This document shows positions 24,700-47,230 of a DNA stretch of 64,000 bases, piece by piece. Position numbers and translations under genes: made by a program. Each line of letters opens with the position of its first letter. Positions within the stretch are counted from its first letter, which is position 1. Below the pieces are notes generated by a model. That model had not been told where the DNA came from. It did no database searches and saw only the letters and a program-made list of their open reading frames with translations. Origin of the DNA: Eledone cirrhosa (taxonomy: Eukaryota). The stretch lies in the NCBI GenBank assembly GCA_964016885.1, contig OZ024752.1, positions 20,212,001-20,276,000 on the forward strand, in the 5' to 3' direction.

Positions 24700-25310
24700 T
24701 GGTGGCTGCCAACTCGTTTTCGAGGACGGCCACTACTTTATATCCATGTAGGAGAACCCCTACCGATGCGCTGAACGAGTGTGATTTTTTAGTCCAGCCA
24801 GCGACTTGAAAACTCTGGTACAAACACTACACTTGCGACAATTATTGACACATAGTGCTGGGCCCATGGTACCATGTGATGACAAGTGCAGAGAGATCTC
24901 CAGATATAAAGCAATGCCTGTGCCGTGAAGCTTTTATAGTGAGCAAAGGCACTGCACAAAGCCAGTCCCACTCTCTTAACCAAGATGATATTTACCAAAA
25001 AGAAGAACAAGTCAACATCATTGGATACCATCAGGGTTGCAGGTGTTATATCAGAGTTTTCCTTCTCCTAGAATTCTGCCTTGCCAACGGCTAAGGGGTC
25101 ATTTCTCCCAGTGATTTTGGATGGCCATTGACTTTAAGAGCTCCTTTGCCCTTTGACAGGTTTTGTTTTTAGTCCTGCAGGATGTCCAAAGTCACCCTCC
25201 TCACCAAGAAACCTTGGTGGGGTTGCTAGTTTAGTCGCCAACGACCCGATCATGGGACAGGTTGTACTGGGATACATGTTACCAGTAGCAACAACTGGTG
25301 ACCTGACATA
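24700..25310 (-). mobile_element. Bipartite non-autonomous RTE derivative (5' UTR fused to 3' end), about 610 bp
   Basis: 24910-25120 resembles the RTE 5' UTR at 14790-15030; 24700-24840 resembles the RTE C2H2 region and 3' UTR; no RT sequence. Confidence 0.75.
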
Positions 25311-25341
25311 AACATATATACATACATACATATATGCATAC

Positions 25342-25386
25342 ATGATGGCTGCCCCTTCGTTATCGAGTATGGCCATTGCACGATAT
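25342..25386 (-). mobile_element. About 45-bp extreme 3' end of the BovB-like RTE
   Basis: Matches 11191-11230; (ATGT)n tail. Confidence 0.65.
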
Positions 25387-25399
25387 ACCATTATTAATA

Positions 25400-25465
25400 A
25401 TCTGAGGGTGGTGGTTTGGCAGTATCGGTAGAGGGTCGGACAACATGCTTTGTAGCACAGAGTTA
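25400..25465 (+). mobile_element. SINE tRNA-head fragment
   Basis: tggcagtatcggtagagggtcggacaacatgctttgtagca is the reverse complement of the SINE head seen at 1930-1980. Confidence 0.6.
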
Positions 25466-25706
25466 CCTCCACCCATCCCAATCCCCACCCTCTCCCACCG
25501 CCAGAAAAGAAAAGATATCAATAAAGATTTCTCACGAATGAAACAGTTCTAGTCCTGTAGAAGCTCTTCTATATTAAAATATATATATATATACTTTATA
25601 CAATAACTAAACATATGTACACCTTATAGAGCAACTAAACATATATATACACCTTATATATATACGTATACAAAGTAAATAGTATGACAGTAGAGAACAG
25701 ACTTAC

Positions 25707-25823
25707 CACAGCCTCTTTCATCACCACCATGTTTCTTACAATCCCAGACACCATCACATCGTTGGTGCGGTGAATAACAAGCATTCTCTGCAAAGCCACA
25801 AGGTGTGTGACCAGGATAACAGC
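25707..25823 (-). CDS. LRP12: LDL-receptor class A exon
   Basis: ttccag| acceptor and |gtaagt donor; 117 nt, phase 1-1; CYPGHTPCGFAENACYSPHQRCDGVWDCKKHGGDERGC. Confidence 0.92.
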
Positions 25824-25917
25824 CTGGAAATGACAACAACAATACAAATAACAAGAATACTGGTTGTTTACCCCAGCTATTGTTTATAATATTTATAAAT
25901 AATAACTCATTGTAATA

Positions 25918-26356
25918 CTAGTTTCTGGTTTAGGCACAAGGCCAGCAATTTGAAGGGAGGAGAAAGTTGATTAAATCAACCCCAGTGCATTACTGGTACT
26001 TTATTTTATCAACTCCGCATAGATGAAAGGCAAAGTTAACCTTGGCAGGATTTAAACTCAGAAAGTTAAGGGATGTAGTGGTATGCCACAAAGCATGTTG
26101 TATGACACTAACAACATTGCCATTCCACTGCCCTCATTGTAATAACAGTTTCTCATTTTGGCAACATGGGTAGCAAATGGAAGGGCTGATTATATCAACC
26201 CCCAGTATTTGACTGGTACTTTATTTTATCAACCTCAGAAGGGAAAAAGGCAAAGTTGACCTCAGTAAGATTGGGAACCAGAACATAATAAGGACTGTAA
26301 TGAAATATGGTACTCCTTTCATTGGATGCATTAATGATTCTGCCAATCCAATGCCC
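25918..26356 (-). mobile_element. Two tandem tRNA-derived SINE copies (25918-26132, 26144-26356)
   Basis: Each has the ccccagt...actggtactttattttatcaac...aaaggcaaagtt core. Confidence 0.8.
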
Positions 26357-26374
26357 TAATCATTGGAATAACAA

Positions 26375-26930
26375 TCAAGTATTTTTCTCATCAGAGTGAA
26401 ACCAAAACATTCCAGGCTCTTAATATTTCAACTTCCTCAAATAGCACTTTGTGTGGAACAACTGGTTATCTTTTGTCTTCGCAGACATGAATTGACCTCT
26501 CAGCATGAAATATGACTTGTATCGAAGGTCCTCAAGCACAATTCTTTCGATAGTGTGTCTTGAAACCTTGATCTGCTTAGCAATGGGTCTAATTGACTTT
26601 CTGTACTTTTTGTACAAATATGGTTGTCCTGATGGCATTAGGACCATTAGCAGGTGTTTTACATTTGGCTACTGCTGTACAATTCTTAGCAGCAGGTTGC
26701 ACCTCTTTGCCAACTTTGGTAACAAACGACTGTGCAACTTTCAGAGAAAACGAGCAATCTCTAAATCACTCTGGTCTGCCCTTAAAGCAACAATGACAGC
26801 ATGCCTCTTTATTTGCTATTACAGCGTACCTTTCAATAATGACATCATTATTGATCTGAAAAAAAAATGATAATTAAAACTGTTTAGAAAAAAGTTGAAG
26901 CTATTAAAAGACGTCCTCAGCTGAACGCCA
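26375..26930 (-). mobile_element. Old Tc1/mariner (maT-like) remnant
   Basis: KSIRPIAKQIKVSRHTIERIVLEDLRYKSY...GQFMS, then EPGMFWFHSDEK after a stop. Confidence 0.7.
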
Positions 26931-27203
26931 CTGTAAATTTAATTCTCCTTATACTCCACTTTTCTCTCAGATCACATGAGGTCTGTCAGTTATACACATT
27001 AACATGTCATGCTAGGTTCACTTAGTTTCAAATGTTAGATCATTATAACTTTGATTATTGAAATAAAAATAACATGCAGCTAGCAATCAAATAAATTTGT
27101 AAACCGAGGGACTACTTCTCTGAATAGAATGTTCCAATAGAAGCTAGTTGGTAAAGCATGCAATGTTCTAAAAATTTGATATCAAAATAACAATTTTACA
27201 TTA

Positions 27204-27252
<49 letters not shown>

Positions 27253-27699
27253 TGCATACATATAAATATATACAAATGTAGATATACATATACATAGGTA
27301 GATACATATATATACAGTATAAAAGAGAAAACACAGGTAAGCATTAAGAGAAGGATTTTATCCAGGTATTTACGACCGTTTCATTGGTAAGTGCAACCTT
27401 ATATTGCTATACTGCAAATAGCAGCCACTTGAAACCATCCACGAAACTGGCTTTCTTAACCACGAACTGGATCACAAAAAGCAATTTTCTGCTTCCCTAA
27501 CTATATATATATACATGTATATACATACATATACATATATATATATACATCTAGTGCTGGTGGCTTGAATAAAAGCACACAGTCCATGCTGTAAAGTGGT
27601 GCTGGTGGTAGGAAGGGCATCCAACCGGTATATATATTAATGCCAAAAGTTATGAGCACAACAAATAAGATAAGTATTGCAATAACTGCGTAAACAGCA

Positions 27700-28495
27700 A
27701 TAACACTAACCATGTTAGGGCTGCAGTGGGGTAGTGGGGTGGGTGGCGCGGCCATGTGTGAGACCGTCATCAAGCAATCGCACTACAAGAACATGAAGAT
27801 GTCGCATCTCAGAGTAGCCACACTTAATGTTGGCACTGCGACAGGTAGATCTGGTGAGATAGTGTAGATGCTAGAGAGTAGACGTGGATGTGTGCTGCGT
27901 GCAAGAGGTGAGATGGAGAGGTGCCTCTGCGAGACTAATCGTAGATGTACAGGGAAATTTGACAGTAGAAGTGGCAGTGATAGACACATTTTTCAAATGC
28001 ATGTAGGTTCTATAGAAGTGGTTGATAGCTTACGGGACCTAGGTGATCAGATTAGCATGGGAGGGGGTGTTCCAAGGCCACAGTATCTAGGATAAGGACT
28101 GGTTGGGAGAAGTTTAAGGAGCTGCTTCCTCTGCTGACAAAGAAGGTTTTCTCCCTGCATACGAAAGGCCAGTTATATGATGCCTGTGTGAGATGCATGA
28201 TGCTGCATGGTAGTGAGACATGGGCAGCAACTGCAGAGGATATGCAACGGCTGGAGAGAAATGAAGCAAGCATGCCTCGTTGGAGGTGCAATGTTGATGT
28301 ACGTGAATGACCCAGCATAGATAAGTTGAGAGTGGAACTGTATAAGAGGGATAAGTTGTAGGGCTGACATCAGATTGCTGAAACTTACGGAGGAGATGAC
28401 GAAGGACTGTGACAAGTGGAGAGATGCTGTGCTGAATAGGATCCATCCCACTCTTGCAAGCAGGGAAAAGCAGACGTAAAATGATGATGATGATG
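27700..28495 (+). mobile_element. Internally deleted RTE (family B)
   Basis: APE start ([10 protein letters not shown]) joined at about 27940 to the post-RT region; (GAT)n tail. Confidence 0.8.
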
Positions 28496-28534
28496 TATAT
28501 GTATGTATATATATATATATATATACAGTCTTTA

Positions 28535-28578
<44 letters not shown>

Positions 28579-28789
28579 ACTATACAGAGCATTTTATCAT
28601 AAGTTAAGGTTCTATTGATTTTTCCCTGGATCTCACTAAATTCTGTGGATGAATCTATATCCTGATTCTCTTTGAGATGAGTTTGAATAATTTTTCCCAC
28701 ATCTTACGTTAACTATTTTTCCCATGTTGACGCTATAGTCACTTATATATTATGGAATACTGTTGGCTTTTCGCTGCAATGTTTTCATT

Positions 28790-29428
<639 letters not shown>

Positions 29429-29429
29429 A

Positions 29430-30255
29430 CACTGGGAGCAAAAAAACCCAAGTAATGTGCAAGTTTTTCAAGAACGGGACATGCTGGCATGGAGAGACAG
29501 GGATGGGATGCAGATTCGCCCACCCTAGGTCTCAAACGAACTATGCCCATCATACTCGCGCAACATGCCCCAGCCAAAGCCGAAATAAGCCGCTCCAGAA
29601 GTATGCTGATGTCGCGCGTGCTGCACCAACAAGGAGAAGGCACGCACATGCCGACGAGATACAGATGGCAGCAGCAGAGCAGAAAATTTTTTTAGTGATG
29701 GCAGAGAAGATTGTGGGACAGCTGACCTGGCTGCATCGTCTCCAGCGCCAGGGTCATCCACATCCACACCAGCACTCGAGACCACCACAGTTAAGGGACC
29801 CAGAATGGCCGCCGCTGACAGCAGACCAGGTGTCATACCGACAGCAATTACTGGCACCCCAAAAGTCACACCAGTGCTGCTGCTGAATGTCAGAGGCCTG
29901 GTGAAACTCAGTAACATGAGTAAAATTTCCTACCTGGGAGACTTAGCCACAAGCAATCAAGCACTATGCATGGCACTAACCGAAACGCACCTGACAAGCA
30001 GTATAGCAGATGCAGAAATACATATACCGAAATATACTGTATTTCGTTCGGACAGGAAGGAGAGAGCTCATGGTGGGGTTGCTCTGTATATCCGTGAAGA
30101 TGTCACACCAATTGTACTGTTGACACATTCAAACTCAGGCTGTGACACACTGATAATACATATGAAGCAACTACAGACAGTAATATGTGTCACATATTGG
30201 CCGCCCGATGCTCCCAGTCATGAGGGTAAATTTGAGGATAGCCTAAGTAGGATAC
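29430..30255 (+). mobile_element. 5' fragment of a CR1/Jockey-like LINE: ORF1 CCCH finger overlapping the ORF2 AP endonuclease start
   Basis: [23 protein letters not shown]; LLNVRGL, LTETHL, DRKERAHGGVALYIRE, YWPP. Confidence 0.75.
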
Positions 30256-30383
30256 ATATGTATATATAGTGTATTTTGCAATACACTTTATGCTTAATTA
30301 AAAGCATTTTGAAGACCGTAAGCTATTGATTTTTAGAGTAGTGACAAATTCACTTACTTTGATCTCAGCAAACAGGGGAGATA

Positions 30384-30428
30384 AGCCAACAAGGCCTTGT
30401 TTCGCTTTTGTTGAAGCTTGTCAAGGCT
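30384..30428 (-). ncRNA. Hammerhead motif (family 3, U3:A8 variant, inverted copy)
   Basis: Reverse complement agcc-TTGACAA-gctt/aagc-GAAA-caaggcctt-GTT-ggct. Confidence 0.65.
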
Positions 30429-30705
30429 AACTACTCCCCTGTTTGCTGAAATCAAAGTAAGTGAATTTGTCACTACTCTAAAAAACAATAGCTTACGGTC
30501 TTCAAAATGTTTTTAATTAAGCATAAAGTGTATTGCAAAATACACTATATAAACATCCATATATATATTGCTATTTCAGAGCTCCAATTCTAATTTTTAA
30601 TTTCTGCCTGACCAACAACCGCTCTGCATAATCAGCTCCTGATTATTTACTAGAATTCTATAAGAATATAACATCAGTGATCTCGGTAGACAGGTGGGAG
30701 TAGTT

Positions 30706-30750
30706 AGCCTTGATAAGCTTCAACAAAAGCGAAACAAGGCCTTGTCGGCT
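30706..30750 (+). ncRNA. Hammerhead motif (family 3, U3:A8 variant)
   Basis: agcc-TTGATAA-gctt/aagc-GAAA-caaggcctt-GTC-ggct; stem I extends through gggag/ctccc. Confidence 0.78.
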
Positions 30751-30918
30751 TATCTCCCCTGTTTGCTGAGATCAAAGTAATTGAATTGGTCACTACTCTA
30801 AAAAACAATAGCTTACGGTCTTCAAAATGCTTTTAATTAAGCATAAAGTGTATTGCAAAATACACTTTATATACATCCATATATATATTGCTATTTCAGA
30901 GCTCCAATTCTAATTTTT

Positions 30919-38995
<8,077 letters not shown>

Positions 38996-39304
38996 CAAAA
39001 TTAAGATAATCAATATTATGGGTGTCATGCCAGAAAGACATGCGCCATATCACCCACAAAATAAGCTCTAGGATTCTAACGAGTAGGTCCGAGCATTTTA
39101 TAATAACTAGAAATTGATTAACATATAAATAAACATGAATAATCATAGGAGATAATTTTTACAAGTGTGTAAGCACACATAGCTAGGTAGGTAACTAAAT
39201 AAAGTTGACCAGAACTTCTAAAATAGATACCTTATAAAAAAGATATAAAAATTATCTCCTGTGATTATTCATGTTTATTTATGCCTTAATCAATTTCTAG
39301 TTAT

Positions 39305-39483
39305 TATATACATACATATATATATATGTATATATATATATATACATACATATGTGTATATATATATATATGCATACATATATATATACATACATATATA
39401 TATACATACATATATATATACATACATATATATATACATACATATATATATACATACATACATACATATATATACATACATAC

Positions 39484-39532
<49 letters not shown>

Positions 39533-39849
39533 CATACATACACATATATATGTATATATATATATACATACATACATATATATATGTATATATATATATA
39601 CATACATATATATATGTATATATATGTATATAAATATATACATACATATATATATGTATATATATATATACATACATACATATATATATGTATATATATA
39701 TATACATACATACATACATATATATATGTATATATATATATACATACATATATATATATATATATATACATACATACATATATATATATGTATATATATA
39801 TATACATACATACATATATATATATGTATATATATATATACATACATAC

Positions 39850-39882
<33 letters not shown>

Positions 39883-40030
39883 TACATACATATATATATG
39901 TATATATATATACATACATACATATATATATATATGTATATATATATACATACATACATATATATATATATGTATATATATATACATACATACATATATA
40001 TATATATGTATATATATATACAATACATAC

Positions 40031-40061
<31 letters not shown>

Positions 40062-40130
40062 CATACATATATATATATATGTATATATATATATACATAC
40101 ATACATATATATATATATGTATATACATAT

Positions 40131-40165
<35 letters not shown>

Positions 40166-40208
40166 CATACATACATATATATATATATGTATATATATAT
40201 ATACATAC

Positions 40209-40240
<32 letters not shown>

Positions 40241-40264
40241 GTATATATATATATACATACATAC

Positions 40265-40296
<32 letters not shown>

Positions 40297-40320
40297 GTAT
40301 ATATATATATACATACATAC

Positions 40321-40369
<49 letters not shown>

Positions 40370-40418
40370 ATTATATATATACATATATATACATATATAT
40401 ATATATACATATATATAC

Positions 40419-40500
<82 letters not shown>

Positions 40501-40656
40501 CATATATATATATATATACATATATGTATATATACACATATATACATATATATACATATATACATATATGTATATATACACATATATACATATATATACA
40601 TATATACATATATATACATATATATATATATACATATATATATGTATATATATACA

Positions 40657-40691
<35 letters not shown>

Positions 40692-40694
40692 ACA

Positions 40695-40732
<38 letters not shown>

Positions 40733-40810
40733 CATATATACATATACACATATATATATGTATATATATACATATATACATATACACATATATATATGTA
40801 TATATATACA

Positions 40811-40845
<35 letters not shown>

Positions 40846-41421
40846 ACATATATACATATACACATATACATATATATATACATATACACATATACATATA
40901 TATACATATATATACATATACACATATACATATATATACATATACACACATATATATATACATATATATACATATATATACATATACACATATATACATA
41001 TACACATATATATATATATACATATATATACATATACATATATATATGTATATATATACATATACGTATATATATACATATACGTATATATATACATATA
41101 TGTATATATATACATATATATATATATATATGTATATATATACATATATATATATGTATATATATACATATATATATGTATATATATATACATATATATA
41201 TGTATATATATACATATATATATATGTATATATATACATATATATGTATATATATACATATATACATATACATATATATATATACATATATGTATATATA
41301 TACATATATATATATATATGTATATATATACATCTATAAATATATATATACTTATATACATATACCTATATACATATATATATATATAAATATATATACT
41401 TATATACATACTTATATACAT

Positions 41422-41485
<64 letters not shown>

Positions 41486-41510
41486 GTATATACATATATA
41501 TATACATAAA
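39305..41510. repeat. About 2.2-kb degenerate TA tract
   Basis: Direct inspection. Confidence 0.97.
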
Positions 41511-41519
41511 AGGATAAAA

Positions 41520-44267
41520 AAAAATATGAAGACGTAGCATCTCAGAGTTGCAACACTTAATGTTGGCACTCTAACAGGTAGATCTGGTGAAATAGCGGAG
41601 ATGCTGGAGAGAAGGCAGGTGGATGTGTGCTGCGTGCAAGAGGTGAGATGGAGAGGTGCCTCTGCGAGACTAGTCGCAGGCAAACATCTTAGCTATAAGC
41701 TTTCCTGGGTAGGTAAGGTTGATGGGTTGAGGGGTGTAGGCATTTTCCTGGCTGAGAGATGGATCAATAAGACAATAGAGGTAGTTTGAGTTAATAATCG
41801 AATAATTAAGCTTAGATTAGTTGTAGGCAGGAGACTAGTGACAATCATCTCTGCCTATGCTCCCCAAGCAGGCCTTAGTAAAGAAGAGAAAGACTGCTTT
41901 TACGAGCAACTTTTACAGACAGTCACAATGACAGAGGATAGAGACATCGTTATGCTAGCAGGGGACTTCAATGGTCATGTTGGACAGCTCCAGGATGGTT
42001 ACACTGGGGTACATTGTGGGCACGGTTACAGCTCAAGAAATGAAGAAGGACTGAGACTTCTTGAATTTTGTGATGCAAATGCACTAACCATTTGCAACAC
42101 TAACTTCCAGATGCCTACCAACCACCTAATAACCTACAAATCAGGCGAGCACATAAGCCAGATTGACTTCTTACTAGTTAGGCAGCGGGACAGGCAGATG
42201 GTGTCAAATACTAAGGCATACTCTGGGGAAGAATGTACCCCACAGCATAGGTTAGTCGTTAGTGATATCTCAGTAAGCAAGAGATGGAATGAGACATACA
42301 GGAAGGTGTGGAGAAGAAAGGTCAAATTTCGGAAAGCCCTTCAAGATGTGTATGGCGAAAAAGAAGAAGATTTAGAAACGTATGACATAGATAATAACTG
42401 GAATTTCTTATGTGACAAGTTACTGCAGGCTACTGATGAAACTTGTGGCTGGAGCAGAGCTTCAACCAGACAGAGATTGACTTGGTGGTGGAACAGCACA
42501 GTAGATAGGGCCATGAGAGACAAAAGACTAGCATGGAAGGCTTAGAAAAAGGTTGGGAGTAGAGAAGGATATACAGCCACTAAGAGAGAGGCTAGACGTC
42601 AGGTGTACTTAGCACACAGGGAGGCTGAGAGTAGGAGGTTTGCCAATGTTCTGCAACGGGAAGATCAAAGGCGTGCGGTGTTCCACATTGCAAGGCAGTG
42701 TGTCAATGCAAATCAGGACGTTGTTGGAGATAAATGTGTCCGGAATGATGCCGGTGTACTTAGTGTCACGAATGATCAGAAAAAGGAGGCCTGGAAATGT
42801 CATTATGAGAGACTCATGAATGTGGAGAACGAATGGGAGAGAGAAAAATTACCCTCAGTAGATCTGACAGAGGGACCAGCTATTGAGACTGACGAATATA
42901 GGGTCCAAGAGGTAATTAAGGAAATGAAAAATGGTAAGGCTGCTAGACCGTCAGGGATAGTTGCTGAGATGCTGAAGGCATCAGGGGACGTAGGCACTAA
43001 ACTGGTTGCATGCATCATCAATCAGGCTATATATGACGGTGTCATACCCAAAGACTGGTGCAGCAGTATTCTCATAAATTGCTATAAATGTAAAGGGGAT
43101 GCTCTGGAGAGGAGCAATTATAGGGGTATAAAATTGATGGATCAGGTTATGACAGGTTATGAGGAATGGCTTGTGAGGACAGTGCAGACTTTGTACAGAG
43201 GTGCTGTCAGTAAAGTCAGGGTAGGAATGGAGTTTAGTGAGGAATTCCAGATACAAATAGGAATACATCAAGGTTTGGTCCTCAGCTCGCTCTTGTTCAC
43301 TATAGTCTTCCAAGCCATAACAGAGGAGTTTAAGACTGGCTGTCAATGGGAACTTCTCTATGCTGACGATCTGGTTCTTATAGCAGAATCAGTAGAGGAG
43401 CTAGAGAATAAATTCTAGCTATGGAAACAGCAGTTGGAATTAAGAGGACTGAGAGTGAACCTAGCTAAGACAAAAGTATTGATGAGTAGAAAAGAGGACA
43501 AAACTCTGATTCCGTCAGGGAAATGGCCATGTTCAATATGCAGAAAAGGAACTGGCATAAATCCTATAAAATGCACACAGTGCAGATCCTGGGTACACAA
43601 GAGATATAGTGTGATAGCAGGCAAACTAACAGGTAGGGAGAAATACGTATGCAGTAGATGCACATGGAAATTAGACAGTAGAAGTCGCATTGATAGACAC
43701 ACTTTTCAAATGCAGGTGGGTGCTATAGAAGTGGTGGATAGCTTCCGGTACCTAGGAGATCAGATTAGCATGGGAGAGGGGTGTTCCGAGGCCTTAGTAT
43801 CTAGAATAAGGACTGGCTGGAAGAAGTTTAGGGAGCTGCTTTTTCTGCTGACAAATAAGGGTTTCTCCCTGCATACGAAAGGCCGGTTATATGATGCCTG
43901 TGTGAGGTGTGCGATGCTGAATGGTAGTGAGACATGGGTGCCAACTGCAGAGGATATGCGATGGCTGGAGAGAAATGAGGCAAGCATGCTCCGTTGGATG
44001 TGCAGTGTCAATGTGCGTGAACGATCCAGCATGAATGTGTTGAGAGATAAACTGTGTCTGAGAGGGATAGAATGTAGTGTACGGGAGAGGAGACTGAGGT
44101 GATATGGACATGTGATAGCATGGAGGATGACCGATGGGTGAAGAAGTGCAAGGAATAGCCAGTTGAAGGAAGACGTGGTAGAGGTAGACCACAAAAAACA
44201 TGGGCGGAGGTAGTGAGAACAGACCTCAGATTGCTGAAGCTCATGGTGGAGATGACGCAGGACCGTG
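41520..44267 (+). mobile_element. Decayed RTE (family B), extreme 3' end missing
   Basis: APE (GDFNGHVG), RT (ELLYADD) and Cys-rich finger; stops and an internal deletion. Confidence 0.9.
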
Positions 44268-47230
44268 CTGATTTTGTCACCCAAGTAACGGAAGGTGTCC
44301 ATTATTTCTATAGAACCATCTGTGCAATGGAATGAGCTAGTATTCTGTGGGCACTTGCTGCTACTTATTGCACCAGAGCACCGGACACATATAAAATCTA
44401 TATTCTTAATTAGCTTACCTGTGATCCCACTACATCTTTTATGCACCCATACTTTGCATTTGGGACATAAAATGGAGTTCCTGCCTACTCCTTTCCTACA
44501 CACTGAGCATGGCCATTTCCCGGATGGGACCGGTGCCCTATTTTCCTTCCTACAAACCAGAAGTTTAGTCTTAGACAGGTTAATTTTAAGGCATTTTGAT
44601 TCTAGGCCATGCTTCCATGTTTGGAATTTCTTCTCTAGTTCAGCCATTGATTCAGCTATGAGCGTTAGATCATCTGCGTATAGGAGTTCCCATGGGCAGC
44701 CGGTCTTGAACTCCACTGTTATAGCCTGAAAGGCAATAATAAATAGTAGGGGGCTAAGAACGGAGCCCTGATGAACATCAACTTTTACGCTAAACTCTTC
44801 ACTATATTCGTTGTTAATTCTAACCTTGCTGACTGTTTCTTTATACATGGCTTGTATAGCTCTCACAAGCCATTCATCAACACCTAGTTTTCTAAGAGCC
44901 CACCAGATAATGGAACGGGGGACTCTGTCAAAGGCTTTCTCCAAGTCGACAAAAGCTAAGTATAGGTGTTTACTTTTAGCTAGGTACTTCTCCTGTCGTT
45001 GTCGTACAATGAAAAGAGCGTATGTGATACTTTTACCTGACACAAACCCAAACTGCATTTCATCTAGATCAATTCGCTCTCTGATTAGTTGTGCTATTAC
45101 TTTTTCTGTGACCTTCATGACCTGGTCAATTAATTTAATGCCTCTATAGTTTCCCCTATCTAGGGCATCTCCTTTACCCTTGTAGCAGTTAATGATGATG
45201 CTGCTACGCCAGTCCTTCGGAACAACCCCATTCTGTATGACTTGGTTTACTATCCGGGTGACCATGGTGTGTCCCACCGTTCCAGAAGCTTTCAGCATTT
45301 CAATAACTATTTCCGAAGGCTCAGCCGCCTTACCCATCTTCATATCTTTGATTGCCTTACTTATTATACTACCTTCGACTAACACTGCTGGTCCCTCTAT
45401 TAGATCGATGTGGGGGAGACTGTCTTTCTCCCATTTATTCTCCTCATTTAGTAGCCTTTCGTAGTGACACTTCCAAGCTACCTTTTTATCAGCATCAGTG
45501 ATAGCAAATACACCATCATCATTAAGGACACACTTCTCCCCGACAATATCACAGTTTTCCTTGACACATTGCCTAGCAATCCTGAACACCTCACGTTTTT
45601 GGTCCTCGCGTTGTAGAACATGCTTGAACTTTCTTTCCTCTGATTCCCTTCTTGCGAAGTACACTTGTCTCCTAGCTTCCCTCATGGCCACTTGATAGTC
45701 TTCTCTACTTCTCCCATCCCGCCATACTTTCCAAGCCTGCTTTTTGGCCTTAATTGACTCCTCCACCTTACTGTTCCACCACCATGTCACTCTCCTCCTG
45801 CCTATAGGCCTGCTCCAGCCACAGACTTCATCTGCCGCCATCAGCAGGTTTGCTTTCAGGAATTCCCACTGTTCCTCTATATTGTACGACTCTAATTGCT
45901 CTTCCTTACTGTCGAAAGCATCAAGTAATATGCTTTTAAATTCATTACTGGCTGTGGGGTCCTTTAGCTTCCATATTTTTCTCCTGAGGATAGTCCTCTT
46001 CTGTTGTCGAGTACGTCTCGTCCTGACTATGAGGTGGCTAATTATGAGTCTATGTTGGGAAGTGCATTCTTCATGGGGGAGGGATTTAGTGTTTACAACA
46101 GACACTCTGTCACGTCTTCTGGTAAGGATATAATCTACCTGGCTGGTATGTTCCCCTGATCTGTAGGTGATCAAGTGATTGTCTCGTTTTTTGAAGTTAG
46201 TGTTACTGATAGTTAGGTTATTTGCGTCACAGAATTCCAGGATTCTGGAGCCTTCTTCATTTCTAGTACTAAACCCATAGCCTCCATGGATTCCGTCATA
46301 GCCATCACAATGTTGTCCAACATGACCATTTAGGTCGCCAGCAATAATTATATAGTCACTGTCGGTTATTTGGGAGGTAGTGAGCATCAGTGTCTCATAG
46401 AATCTGTCTTTTATAGCGCCAGGCAGTCCGGATTGGGGTGCGTACACAGATATTACTGTCACAGTAGTTCTATTTAGAACAAGTCTTATTTTAATTATTC
46501 TGTCATTCACTCTATTTACGTCTATTATCTTATCCACCCATTTTTCTGCTAACATGATTCCTACCCCACACAGCCCATTGCCATTTCCCACCCAGTAAAG
46601 CTTATAGCATCGTTTTTTACCCACAATGAATCTAGCCGACCCGCCCCTCCACCTGGTCTCTTGGATACAGCAAACATCAACCTCCTTACGTTCAAGCATT
46701 TCTACAACCTCGTTAGAGTGGCCTTTTAAGGTGCCTACATTCATGGTACCAACTCTGAAGTTTTGGATTGTGTTTGGTGGGTGGGGTGCGGGGAGGGGGG
46801 AGGGGGATGGGGTTGGGATTATGTTGGCCATACGCGGCCGAAACAAAGCAGCATGAGGTGAATTTGTCGTTATCTTTGGCATTGTCTCCGAGTGTCCAGA
46901 TTCTTCAGACTCTCCAGAAATTCCTTAGTCCATCCATCATATCCATAAAAGCAACCAGGATAAGTGATAGCATAGGCCGCTGACTTATGATTGGTCCAAA
47001 TAATAATGGTGGAGAGTGGGGGCGGGTGGGAGGGGTATGGGGTAGTTAGCGAGGAGAAGGTTTTAAATAAAGCATATAACAGTAACAAGCGATATACTGG
47101 GATTTTAAAATACACAATATTATTTAGAACAGCCAGACAGAATTATAGAATAGCATTGAGAAAGTAGGATTGGATTCTGGGCGATTATACAGATATATGG
47201 ATGAATGGGGAGACAAGAAGAAAATGGTAT
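44268..47230 (-). mobile_element. RTE (family A) with open APE-RT-PHD frame, 3'-truncated
   Basis: ORF from 46882 open through FRYLGDKIS, then running into the antisense of the neighbouring element; 5' UTR to about 47230. Confidence 0.9.

Noticed and set aside
43760-44267. Novel C-terminal domain on the RTE ORF
   Set aside because: Antisense read-through of the adjacent RTE.
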